A stretch of DNA of 64,000 nt, taken from NCBI GenBank assembly GCA_963815195.1, contig CAWFGE010000013.1, positions 320,001-384,000 on the forward strand, written 5' to 3'. Numbering within the stretch: position 1 is the stretch's first letter; the number at the start of each line of letters is the position of its first letter. Both the position numbers and the translations under genes were made by a program. The notes beneath the pieces are model-generated. The model saw only the letters and a list, made by a program, of their open reading frames with translations, was not told the origin of the DNA and did no database searches. Source of the DNA: an uncultured Planctomycetaceae bacterium. Its GTDB lineage: Bacteria > Planctomycetota > Planctomycetia > Planctomycetales > Planctomycetaceae. Below are positions 33,729 through 43,012 of this stretch, one piece after another.

Positions 33729-35396
33729 ATGCCTCACGAACCGCCGCCTTCTTCGTCGCTTGCGACCGGACCGCCTGCCGCCGGCGAATCGGGACACTCC
33801 GCGGTCGATTCCGCCGCCGAGGCGAGCGTGTTTTCGGGACTCCGGATTGTCAGTCTGTGCACGCTTCTCAGCCGAGTGCTGGGACTGGTGCGGGACATGG
33901 GCATGGCGGCGCTGTTCGGCAACGGGGCGGTGATGGACGCCTTCACCGTGGCCTTCCGCATTCCCAACCTGGCCCGGCGGTTTTTCGGCGAAGGGGCGCT
34001 CACGGCCGCGTTTCTGCCCGTGTTCGTCGGCGAGATGGAACAGAACGGCCGGATGTCGGCGTGGAAAGTCGGGAGCGCCGTGTTGATGCTCCTGAGCCTG
34101 TCGCTATGCGTCTTCGTGCTGCTCGCGGAAGCGGTTTTGTGGGGCCTCTCGGCTTGGGCGGATGTCAGCGCGGAAGCGAAATTGCTGATCGATCTCACCG
34201 CGATCATGCTGCCCTATTTGATCCTGATCTGCCTCTCGGCCCAGGTTTCGGCGATGCTCCACGCCCTGGGGCATTTCACCTGGCCGGCGTTGGTGCCGGT
34301 GCTGTTGAATCTCGTATGGATCGCGGGAATTTGGTGGATCGCCCCGCGGTTTGAGACGCCGGCCGAAAAGGTCACCGCCATCAGCGTGTGCATCGTGATC
34401 GCGGGCGTCCTGCAGATGGCCGCCCCTTGGCCGGCGCTCAAGCGGTTGGGCTTTCATTTCGATCCTAACTGGCGGGAGGCGAAGGCCCGGGTTCTGGAAA
34501 TCATCGCCGGGATGCTGCCGGTGCTCTTCGGCTTGTCGATCACGCAACTCAATGCGCTCACCGACAGTCTGATCGCCTGGAGCTTCTCCGCCCCCGAATC
34601 CGCGACCGCGGAACAGCTCGCGCGGTTTCCGCTCGAATCGGGCACGGCGTCGGCACTCTACCTGGGACAGCGGATGTATCAGTTCCCGCTGGGCGTGTTC
34701 GGCGTGGCCCTCGGGACGGTGATGTTTCCGCTTTTTTCCCGGCACGCGCAGCGGGGCGACTTTGCCGGGCTCCGCCGGGATTTTCTGTTGGGGCTCGAGC
34801 TGGTGGTTGGCATCGGCGTGCCCGCGAGCGTGGGGTTGTTTCTGCTCGCCGATCCTTTGACCGACCTCTTGTTTCGGCACGGCAACTTCGACGCCCGCGA
34901 TGCCCTGCAAACTTCGCAGATGATCCGCTGGTACGGCATCGGCGTCTGGGCGTATTCGGCTCTCCTCATCGTGCACCGCGGTTTTTACGCCGTTGGCGAC
35001 CGCCAAACGCCGCTCCGCGTGGGCATTCTGGCCATGGTCTCGAACGTCGTTTTAAGCTTCACGTTCATCTGGCCCTTCGGCGGATGGGGCCTCGCGCTCT
35101 CGACCGCGCTCTCGGCCATGCTGCAGGTGTCGCTGGTGACTTGGGCCTTTCAAGGACAAGTCGGCCGCCTCGATTGGCCGAGGCTCGTTCGCACGACATG
35201 CCGCGCGGGCGTGGCGTCTCTCGCGATGGCGCTGAGCTGCTGGGGCACGTTGGCTCTTTTACAGGCCGCCGCGATTTCCTCGCGCACTTTGAACGTCGTT
35301 GCCCCCGTGGGTGTTTCGATCCTGGTCTATTTCGCCGCCGCGAAATTGCTCAACATGCAAGAACTCGCCGTGCTGCTCCAACGCGGCAAACGCTGA
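33729..35396 (+). CDS. murJ: Lipid II flippase MurJ (MviN)
   Basis: SRVLGLVRD, AFRIPNLARRFFGEGAL and QFPLGVFG motifs. Confidence 0.93.
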   Translation: MPHEPPPSSSLATGPPAAGESGHSAVDSAAEASVFSGLRIVSLCTLLSRVLGLVRDMGMAALFGNGAVMDAFTVAFRIPNLARRFFGEGALTAAFLPVFVGEMEQNGRMSAWKVGSAVLMLLSLSLCVFVLLAEAVLWGLSAWADVSAEAKLLIDLTAIMLPYLILICLSAQVSAMLHALGHFTWPALVPVLLNLVWIAGIWWIAPRFETPAEKVTAISVCIVIAGVLQMAAPWPALKRLGFHFDPNWREAKARVLEIIAGMLPVLFGLSITQLNALTDSLIAWSFSAPESATAEQLARFPLESGTASALYLGQRMYQFPLGVFGVALGTVMFPLFSRHAQRGDFAGLRRDFLLGLELVVGIGVPASVGLFLLADPLTDLLFRHGNFDARDALQTSQMIRWYGIGVWAYSALLIVHRGFYAVGDRQTPLRVGILAMVSNVVLSFTFIWPFGGWGLALSTALSAMLQVSLVTWAFQGQVGRLDWPRLVRTTCRAGVASLAMALSCWGTLALLQAAAISSRTLNVVAPVGVSILVYFAAAKLLNMQELAVLLQRGKR

Positions 35397-35401
35397 CTTC
35401 A

Positions 35402-36310
35402 TCACGCCGCGTCGCGCCAAGTGCTCCACCAGGCTTCAAAGCGGCGGGTGAGGTGCTTGGATTTCTCGGCAAACAGCCGCTCGCCCACATCAAACGCCTC
35501 CGCACGGATCGTTTTCTGCGATTTGCGGAGCACCTCGCGAAAGGCGTCCACCTCGGCAAGATCGGGGAAGTCGGTCGCGTGTTCCGCGAGCAACAAATCC
35601 AGCATCGACAAATCGTGATCGTCACCCAGCAAGTCCGCGAGATGCTTCGCTTCCTCGCAACGGGCTTTCATCAGCGGCTTGTAAAGATTCACCAACAGCC
35701 GGCAATGATACCAGTGGTATTTCACCCGCTTCCGCCATTCGTGGAAGTCCTCCATCGCGGCTTTCTTGCGCGAGGCATTCTTCATCGCCTTTTGCGCCCG
35801 GCGGTAGGTCTTTTCGAAACCGCCGGCGATCGCCTCGAAACCGCCGTCGTCGAGTTTCCAGTCCTTCACGCGGTCTTCGGCTTCCTGGATGTCTTGGGCG
35901 AGTTGATCCAGCTTGCCGGGCAGATCGGTCAGGTCCCCGGCGATCCGCTGCCGGCGTTCCACAAGATGCACGCGGATCCCGGCGAACTTTGGAGGATGAT
36001 CGCTGTCGGCCGCGGCCGGCACGAGCCGATCGCAGGCTTCGATCAATGATTGGGCGTCCCGCACGGCGGAGATTTCGCGGCCCGCATCGCGGAACAAAGC
36101 GTTCTCACGCTGGTAGGTTTTTTCAAACCCCGGCCGCACGAGCCGGATGATCCCGCGAATCTTCTTAAACCGCTTGCGCACCTGATGCACCGCCTCGTGG
36201 CGGTCCAGTTCCGTGCTTTGAATCTCCGCGACGGCCTTTTCCAACTGCTCGCGGGCAATCCGTTTGACCCCGTCAACGACCGACTCGCCCCGCTTCAATC
36301 GGAAACCCAT
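35402..36310 (-). CDS. CHAD-domain (polyphosphate-binding) protein
   Basis: VHQVRKRFKKIR, HEWRKRVKYHWY and LGDDHD motifs. Confidence 0.9.
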   Translation of the reverse strand: MGFRLKRGESVVDGVKRIAREQLEKAVAEIQSTELDRHEAVHQVRKRFKKIRGIIRLVRPGFEKTYQRENALFRDAGREISAVRDAQSLIEACDRLVPAAADSDHPPKFAGIRVHLVERRQRIAGDLTDLPGKLDQLAQDIQEAEDRVKDWKLDDGGFEAIAGGFEKTYRRAQKAMKNASRKKAAMEDFHEWRKRVKYHWYHCRLLVNLYKPLMKARCEEAKHLADLLGDDHDLSMLDLLLAEHATDFPDLAEVDAFREVLRKSQKTIRAEAFDVGERLFAEKSKHLTRRFEAWWSTWRDAA

Positions 36311-36411
36311 AAAAGCCCCTTATCTTACCCCGTTTAACACAATCTTCACGATTCCATGATGCCAATTCCCGAAAACCCAGGCAACTGAAGGAGAGCATTC
36401 TTAACAATTGA

Positions 36412-36493
36412 GGGTGGCATGTCCCTGAGCGCAGCGAAGGGCGTGGTCTGTGCGATCGCCACGCCCTTCGCTGCGCTCAGGGACGTGCCACCC
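36412..36493. repeat. 35-bp inverted repeat (REP doublet-like, family E)
   Basis: GGGTGGCATGTCCCTGAGCGCAGCGAAGGGCGTGG and its reverse complement, one mismatch, 12-nt loop. Confidence 0.88.
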
Positions 36494-36566
36494 GGGCCGG
36501 TTTATCGGAACGACCGGACGCCAGCACGTTCCGGCTGATCGGCGTTGCCGTCGCGAACCGCGACGT

Positions 36567-38507
36567 TCAATCGGTCATCTCCAGGTACGGATCGAGGCCC
36601 ATTTTTTGGTAATGCTTCCGGCGGTCCTCTTCCTGCTTGAGGAGTTGCTTCCGCGTTTTTTTGTGCATCCGCTCCAGGCGGCGCTGCGTTTGGCGGAAGA
36701 ACCCGACCCAGCTTCGCGAAAGTTCGCCGCGAAGATTCGGCCGGGCGTTTTTGCGGACGGCGGCGAGCTTTTCGGGGCTCAAACAGCGGAGCAATTCATC
36801 CTCGAGCGAGAGGAAAAACTGATACGAACCCGGTTCCCCTTGCCGGGCCGTGCGGCCGATCAATTGCCGATCGATGCGGGCCGACGTGTGCATTTCGGTG
36901 GCGATGACGTGCAGGCCCCCGGTCTCCACGACCGCGCGTTCGAGTTGGATGTCGGTCCCGCGGCCCGCCATGTTCGTGGCCACGGTAACTTTGCCCGGTT
37001 CTCCGGCCCGGCGGATGATCGCAGCCTCTTCTTTGTGGAATCGGCAGTTCAGAATCTGATGCGGAATCTGATGCGATCGGAGCACCTCGCCCAACGCTTC
37101 GGAGGATTCCACCGAAGGCGTCCCCACCAGAATCGCCCGCCCGCTTTCCAAGAGCCGGACGATCTCCGCCGCAACCGCCTGCAGCTTGGCGTGCCGGGTG
37201 GCGAACACGCGGGGCGGTTTGGATTGCCGCCGGCAGGGGCGGTGCGTGGGGATCGTGGTGACGCGGAGGCGGTAAGTTTTTTTGAACTCCCGGGCGGCCG
37301 GCGCCCCTGTCCCGGTCAGTCCCGCGAGATGCGTATATTGATTGAAGAAGCTCTGCACCGTCATTCGCGCCGCCGGCCGGGTGGCCTGTGTGATCGGCAC
37401 GCGTTCCTTGGCTTCAATCGCCTGATGCAGGCCGTCTTGCCATTTGCGGCCGTCCATCAACCGCCCGGTCGATTCATCGACGATCGCGAGCTTGTCGTCC
37501 TCATCGACGACATAATCGCGGTCGCGCTGGAAGGCGAACTCCGCGGTCAAGGCCCGCTCCACCTGGCGATAGACCCGCTCGGAATCCACGCGGGCCATCG
37601 AAGCCGACTTGGGCAAGGCCAAGGTCCGCCGGCAGCCGGTGTCGGTCAAAAAGGCCGATCGCCGCCGCGGGTCGAAGTGGTAATCGACGCCGAACTGCAA
37701 TTGATCCACCGCCCGCGCGCACCAGCGGAAGAGGCCCACGGCCTCGGCATCATTGTCTTCACCCAAGGCGATCAACAGCGGCGTCTTGGCTTCATCGATC
37801 AGAATGCTGTCCGCTTCATCGATCAAAGCAAAGTGCAGTCCCCGCTGCACGAGGCGGTCGGTCTGATCGTCCGCGATGCCCGTGAACTGCCGACTTCGCT
37901 CGTGGCCCGTCTGCCCGTATTTTTTCAGCCGATCCCGGAGAAAATCGAAGCCCATTTCCTTGGCGGTGCCGTAGGTGATGTCGGCCGCGTATTCCGGCCC
38001 GCGCTCGTCCGGTTTGATCTCGCCCTGGATGCAGCCCACGGTCATTCCCAGCCGATTGAAGATGTCCGCGCCCAAGGCCGCGTCCCGCTCGGCCAGGTAT
38101 TCGTTCGCGGTAATCACATGAGCGCCCTTCCCGGCGAGGGCGTGCAGAAACGCGGGCAAAAGTGCGGTGAGGGTTTTGCCTTCCCCGGTCTGCATCTCGG
38201 CGATGCCGCCTTCAAAGAGCGCAATGCCGCCCATCATCTGCACGGGGTAATGCGTTAATCCCGTCGCCCTGCGGGTCGCTTCGCGAACCAAAGCATACGC
38301 CGCGGGCATCAGCCGCTTGAGCGACTCGCCCGACAGGCACCGCCAATGCAGCTCGCGCGCGGTGCGTTCCAACTCGGCGTCGGAAAATCGTTCGAGTTTT
38401 TGAGATCGCCGGATGATCGACCGCGCCAGCCACCGCCACCGCGAAAGCCGCGCTCTCGCGGGATGTCCGCCGGCGATGGTCCAATGAAACAAGTTCCCGA
38501 TCAACAT
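36567..38507 (-). CDS. Short SecA paralogue (DEAD motor and PPXD; lacks most of the wing/C-terminal region)
   Basis: EMQTGEGKT, IDEADSIL, ATNMAGRGTDI and GRTARQGEPG motifs; only 646 aa. Confidence 0.9.
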   Translation of the reverse strand: MLIGNLFHWTIAGGHPARARLSRWRWLARSIIRRSQKLERFSDAELERTARELHWRCLSGESLKRLMPAAYALVREATRRATGLTHYPVQMMGGIALFEGGIAEMQTGEGKTLTALLPAFLHALAGKGAHVITANEYLAERDAALGADIFNRLGMTVGCIQGEIKPDERGPEYAADITYGTAKEMGFDFLRDRLKKYGQTGHERSRQFTGIADDQTDRLVQRGLHFALIDEADSILIDEAKTPLLIALGEDNDAEAVGLFRWCARAVDQLQFGVDYHFDPRRRSAFLTDTGCRRTLALPKSASMARVDSERVYRQVERALTAEFAFQRDRDYVVDEDDKLAIVDESTGRLMDGRKWQDGLHQAIEAKERVPITQATRPAARMTVQSFFNQYTHLAGLTGTGAPAAREFKKTYRLRVTTIPTHRPCRRQSKPPRVFATRHAKLQAVAAEIVRLLESGRAILVGTPSVESSEALGEVLRSHQIPHQILNCRFHKEEAAIIRRAGEPGKVTVATNMAGRGTDIQLERAVVETGGLHVIATEMHTSARIDRQLIGRTARQGEPGSYQFFLSLEDELLRCLSPEKLAAVRKNARPNLRGELSRSWVGFFRQTQRRLERMHKKTRKQLLKQEEDRRKHYQKMGLDPYLEMTD

Positions 38508-38555
38508 TTCATTGCCTTGAAGAAATCCGAAATCCCAGACAAATCCCATTTCAAA

Positions 38556-38735
38556 AAGAGCCGCGCACGAAGTAAGCGGTCTTTCTAGATGTAGAGATCG
38601 CAATACCGCTTACTTCGTGCGCGGCTCTCTTCAAACGATGCCGGGCAATACCGCTTACTTCGTGCGCGGCTCTCTTCAAACGAAGCCGGGCAATACCGCT
38701 TGCTTCGTGCGCGGCTCTCTTCAAACGATGCAGCG
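38556..38735. repeat. Three tandem 45-bp units of a REP-like palindrome plus one inverted copy (family F)
   Basis: AATACCGCTTACTTCGTGCGCGGCTCTCTTCAAACGATGCCGGGC at 38602, 38647 and 38692; inverted AAGAGCCGCGCACGAAGTAAGCGGT at 38556. Confidence 0.9.
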
Positions 38736-38891
38736 CATTTGGTCTTTGATCACCTGCCAATATGTTTGCTCGACGAAGAGCAGCGGGAGGCCGAGGAGGT
38801 CGGCGATTTCTTGGAGTTTGAGGTTTTCGCAATACCGGAGGATCAGAATCAGCCGTTCGATGCGGCCCAGGCCCTGACTCAAGTTCGACAT
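38721..38891 (-). CDS. 56-aa stand-alone sigma-70 region 4-like HTH protein (not in ORF track)
   Basis: Manual translation: MSNLSQGLGRIERLILILRYCENLKLQEIADLLGLPLLFVEQTYWQVIKDQMRCIV. Confidence 0.65.
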   Translation of the reverse strand: MSNLSQGLGRIERLILILRYCENLKLQEIADLLGLPLLFVEQTYWQVIKDQMRCIV

Positions 38892-38935
38892 GTCCCGTCT
38901 TTCTAATGCCTGAAAAGCGAGCCTATGGAAGGGTG

Positions 38936-41158
38936 TTACATGCGGAAGTGGAAGGTGCGTTTGAGGTGCCGCCAGACCCAGCCGCCGGCCGTGCGGGTGT
39001 CCATGGGAAATCGGGCCTCGCCGCGAACGCCGGGCATGAGGGTTCCCGGAATCGCCGCCAACGGCACAATCGCTTGATAGGCGGAACCGTCGAGCCGTTC
39101 ATTGCCGCGGACGTCGGTCGTGGTGGCGAGGTCGCCGCCGAACTTGTTGGACAAGGGGGCCGGGGCGCTTTCCAAATGCCGGTCCGAAATCTCGCGAATC
39201 TGCCCGACCCGCACGCCGGCGGGTTTGGAACCCAGCTTGAGCGAAATGTCTTCGTTCACGCGAAAGTCGTCGCGCTCGTTTTGATCGATCACCAAGACGG
39301 CTTGATATTCCGCAGCGGGGGCCACGCTCAACAGATGCGACTGCGTGGCGAGCCAACAGCCGAGATTCCTCGCCTCCAAAGGCGTCCCGTCCCAGCGGGC
39401 CAGCGATTCGCTTGGCAGATTGGCCGGCTGCGGCGAGACCTGCGGCGGGGCGACGACCACGCCGTCGCAGGGCGCGACGAACGTCAGCGTCCTGAGCTTC
39501 TCCCCAGTTTGGGCCAAGCGTTTTTCGAGGGACGCCAGCATCGTGCGGGCGTATTCCTCGCCGGGCTTGTTGTCGAGCCTTTTTTGCGTCTCGACTTCGA
39601 GCTGCTGAATCCGCACCGCCACGCGGAGTTTTTCGTATTCGTCGCGGAGGGGATAATTCTCCAGCCGGGCGAGCACGTCGCCTTTCCGCACGCGCTGTCC
39701 GGGCGCCGCGTTCAGTTCCACCAACCGTCCCGGCGTGCTCACGAGCACATGCTCGATGCCCCGCGGCTCCACGGTGAACGGAGCCTCGACGTAAAGCGGC
39801 AAAGGCACCGTCAGCGCGGCAAAGCCGGCGGCGGTCAGGCAAAGGGCGGTCAGCGCGGCGCGAAGGTAACTCATGGGCCGGATCCTGGGGGCTTTCAAAA
39901 CGCGATACAAGGTGACAACGAGACTGCCCGCGATCATGAGCGCCGACCCGATTCCCATCCCCAGCCCCAGATTCTGGAGGCCGTAGGGTTTGAGGAATTC
40001 GTAAAGCACGAAGATGATCGTGAACGTCAAAAACCAGCGGTACGCGGCCGAGGCGAGCGCGAACAGGGCAAACCAGATCCGCCCGCGGTCCGGCATGAAG
40101 GGATCCGGCGGATTGATGATGCCCAGGCAGACCCGGCTGAACACATCGCGAAACATGCGGTCGGCTTTGGTCCGCAGGTTGGGGATTTCCAGGAGATCGC
40201 TGAGGATGTAATACCCATCGTACCGGAGCAGCGGATTCGCGTTGAAGATTACCGTGGTGATCGTCGTCACAAAAAAAATGTTGAGGCACAGATGATGCAA
40301 AAGCCCCGGTTGCGTGTGCCACCACGCGAGGGCCGCGAGCGCGGACAGGAAGACTTCAATCATCATCCCCGCGCAGGCGATGAGGATCCGCTTCCATTTG
40401 CTGGCCAAAACCCATGAGTCGGAGACATCGCAATACAGGCAAGGGCTGAAGACCAGAAGGGCCATTCCGATTTCGTGGCATTCGCCGCCATAGTGTTTGC
40501 AGGACAAGCCGTGGGCCAGTTCGTGGATAAACTTGGCCACGCCCATCGTCAGCCATAGCAGAAACAGATTCGGCCAGCTAAAAAACTGCTGGAACGTCGG
40601 GATGTGGCGTTCGATCTCGCCGAAGTTGACGCCCACGAGAATCCACATCACCGCCACAAACAGTCCGCACAAGCCGATCACCGAAGGCCGAAACGCCCAC
40701 CGCACCCACGGGTAGAGAAAACAGAGAAGCCGTTCCGGATCCCAGCCGGGCAGCTTGATGTAGAGCACATTGCGGATCGCGTTCCAAACGGCCTTCAGGC
40801 GTTTGTCACGGGCCTGCTCGATGAGGTTCTGGGCCTGCCCCGCCCGCTCGCTGTAAACGAGTCCCTTCTGATGCAGGTCCATCGCGAGGTTTCGGAGGTC
40901 CGAAAGTCCCGGCCGCTCGGTGGGAAATTCCTCTTGGAATGCGTCGCGGATGTCTTCGAGGCTCCGCTTTCCGTCGAGCAGTTGGAGGATGTGATATTGC
41001 TCGCTTTGGAGCCGATAGTATCCGAGCGCAACCGGATCCTTGATGACCCAATACCTGAGGCCTTGATAGACGATCGGCTCCACGGTCAGATCCCGGCGGG
41101 CCACCAGGGGCACGGGCCGCTTCGTGGAGGGAATCAGGGATGATGGGGTTTGGCCCAT
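38936..41158 (-). CDS. M50 (site-2) metalloprotease fused to HlyD-like membrane-fusion domain
   Basis: HELAH and NANPLLRYDG motifs, TM block, then PGQRVRKGDVL, coiled coil and APCDGVV. Confidence 0.88.
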   Translation of the reverse strand: MGQTPSSLIPSTKRPVPLVARRDLTVEPIVYQGLRYWVIKDPVALGYYRLQSEQYHILQLLDGKRSLEDIRDAFQEEFPTERPGLSDLRNLAMDLHQKGLVYSERAGQAQNLIEQARDKRLKAVWNAIRNVLYIKLPGWDPERLLCFLYPWVRWAFRPSVIGLCGLFVAVMWILVGVNFGEIERHIPTFQQFFSWPNLFLLWLTMGVAKFIHELAHGLSCKHYGGECHEIGMALLVFSPCLYCDVSDSWVLASKWKRILIACAGMMIEVFLSALAALAWWHTQPGLLHHLCLNIFFVTTITTVIFNANPLLRYDGYYILSDLLEIPNLRTKADRMFRDVFSRVCLGIINPPDPFMPDRGRIWFALFALASAAYRWFLTFTIIFVLYEFLKPYGLQNLGLGMGIGSALMIAGSLVVTLYRVLKAPRIRPMSYLRAALTALCLTAAGFAALTVPLPLYVEAPFTVEPRGIEHVLVSTPGRLVELNAAPGQRVRKGDVLARLENYPLRDEYEKLRVAVRIQQLEVETQKRLDNKPGEEYARTMLASLEKRLAQTGEKLRTLTFVAPCDGVVVAPPQVSPQPANLPSESLARWDGTPLEARNLGCWLATQSHLLSVAPAAEYQAVLVIDQNERDDFRVNEDISLKLGSKPAGVRVGQIREISDRHLESAPAPLSNKFGGDLATTTDVRGNERLDGSAYQAIVPLAAIPGTLMPGVRGEARFPMDTRTAGGWVWRHLKRTFHFRM

Positions 41159-41379
41159 AATCGGCCCGTGGAAATCCAGCGGAAGGCGGTGGGAGAATGG
41201 TTCAAAACGGCGCGGGGGATACCATTTCACGCGGTCTCTGTAAAGATGGGTTCGCCGGTGACGCTTGGGATTGCTACAATACGACTGTTTTCCGTAGGGA
41301 ATTATCATAGACACTCCGGCACGAAGTTTTTACATTTTCCAGCGTGCCGCCCCATGTCTTTGCGTAGAGGAATTTTCCC

Positions 41380-41946
41380 ATGGCCATGGACCAAGATGAA
41401 ATCCTGATGGACACCGAAGAACGGATGGAGAAAGCCGTCGATGTGCTGCACGGTCAGCTTCAGGGCTTACGGACTGGGCGGGCGACGCCGGGGCTGGTGG
41501 ATTCGATTCGCGTGGACTACTACGGCTCGCCGACGCCGCTCAAACAAATGGCGAACATCAGCGTGCCGGAACCGCAGCAGATCGTGATCCGCCCCTTCGA
41601 CGCGTCGGCCCTCAGCAACATCGCCAAGGCCATTCAAGCCAGCGACCTGGGGCTCTCGCCGAACTCGGACGGCCGGCTGATTCGGCTGAACATCCCGCCG
41701 CTCTCGACCGAGCGCCGGAAGCAATTGGTCTCGCGGGTGAAGGAGTTGGCGGAAGAGGCCCGGGTCGCCATCCGCAACATCCGCCGGGACGCCAACAAAC
41801 ACGCGGACCAGGCGGAGAAGGAAAAACTCTTCAGCGAAGACATCCGCGACGACACGAAGGATCAGGTCCAGGATCTGACCAAGAAATACGAAGGCAAAGT
41901 CAACGACATAGCCTCCACGAAGGAGACGGAGGTCATGGAGGATTAG
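41380..41946 (+). CDS. frr: Ribosome recycling factor
   Basis: LRTGRA, YYGSPTPL, PPLSTERRK and IRNIRRDAN motifs. Confidence 0.97.
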   Translation: MAMDQDEILMDTEERMEKAVDVLHGQLQGLRTGRATPGLVDSIRVDYYGSPTPLKQMANISVPEPQQIVIRPFDASALSNIAKAIQASDLGLSPNSDGRLIRLNIPPLSTERRKQLVSRVKELAEEARVAIRNIRRDANKHADQAEKEKLFSEDIRDDTKDQVQDLTKKYEGKVNDIASTKETEVMED

Positions 41947-42061
41947 CCTGCGTTCGGGAACGTCGGGCAGAGATGGGGCTGAGGTTCGAGGTTCGATTTT
42001 TTCTGACGGGCTACCTCTAACTTCCAACCTCACTGTCTTTCGCTTTCCTCCCGCCTCACTT

Positions 42062-42889
42062 CTACGCAGCGCGGCGAACGGGTGCGGGAGCGGCGGCGGT
42101 TTCCATCTCCCAGACCTCCTCGGCGAGGCCGCCGTAGTCCTGGGCGCCGGGGCAACTGGGGCAGTAATCGAAGATCGACTGCCCGAAGCTGGGGGCTTCC
42201 GCGAGCTTGATGTTCCGGCGGATTTTGTTGCGGAAGATTCTCGCTTCCGTCCACGGAGCATCCTGGGGGCTGTTTTCCAGGAAGGATTGGAGGTCGTCCT
42301 TCACGTCGGACGCCAACCGCGTGCCGCTTTCGTAAAGGCACATCACGATCCCGGTCACGCGAAGCTGCGGATTGAGCCGCTGCCGGACCAAGGCTGTTGT
42401 CTCAAACAATTTCGACAATCCCTGCAGCGCAAAAAAGTGGGGCTGCAGCGGAATGAAGACTTCATCGGTTGCGGTGAGCGCGTTGACCGTGAGCACCCCT
42501 AAGGAGGGCGGGCAGTCCATGATGATGTAATCGAACAACTCGCTGACGGCCTGGGTTTTGATCGCATTTCGCAGCAGCGATTCCCGGCCGGGCACATCCG
42601 CCAATTCCATCTCCGCCGCCGCCAGGTCCAGATTGGAAGGCACGACCCACAGGGAGGAGTTGACCATCTTGCGGATGTCGGCGAAGGTTTTTTCGCCGGT
42701 GAAAATCTCGTAAACGGTGGGGCTGTCCTCGAATGCTTCGACGCCCAGATGCAGCGACGCGTGCCCCTGCGGATCCAAATCGACCACGCAGACCCGCTTC
42801 CCCAGGTTGGCAAGTCCCGCCGCCAGGTTCACGCTGGTGGTGGTTTTGCCCACGCCGCCTTTTTGATTCATCACTGTAATCGTGCGCAT
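42062..42889 (-). CDS. ParA/Soj family ATPase
   Basis: [23 protein letters not shown] and LAEAPSFG motifs; no adjacent parB. Confidence 0.93.
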   Translation of the reverse strand: MRTITVMNQKGGVGKTTTSVNLAAGLANLGKRVCVVDLDPQGHASLHLGVEAFEDSPTVYEIFTGEKTFADIRKMVNSSLWVVPSNLDLAAAEMELADVPGRESLLRNAIKTQAVSELFDYIIMDCPPSLGVLTVNALTATDEVFIPLQPHFFALQGLSKLFETTALVRQRLNPQLRVTGIVMCLYESGTRLASDVKDDLQSFLENSPQDAPWTEARIFRNKIRRNIKLAEAPSFGQSIFDYCPSCPGAQDYGGLAEEVWEMETAAAPAPVRRAA

Positions 42890-43012
42890 CGGGAATCCTT
42901 CCCCCGTTTCAAGTCAAGATCGAGCCTCGGCGGGAGTATAATCGGGAGCCAATTTCACAGAAAGGGCAATTCGCCGCTGTTCATTTGACGCCAAGGAACG
43001 GCGAAACCCCGC

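Noticed and set aside
36567..38507. Housekeeping secA
   Set aside because: Too short and lacking the C-terminal domains; context points to an accessory paralogue.
38602..38735. Possible CRISPR array
   Set aside because: The units are contiguous 45-bp near-identical repeats with no unique spacers, and no cas genes are in the window.
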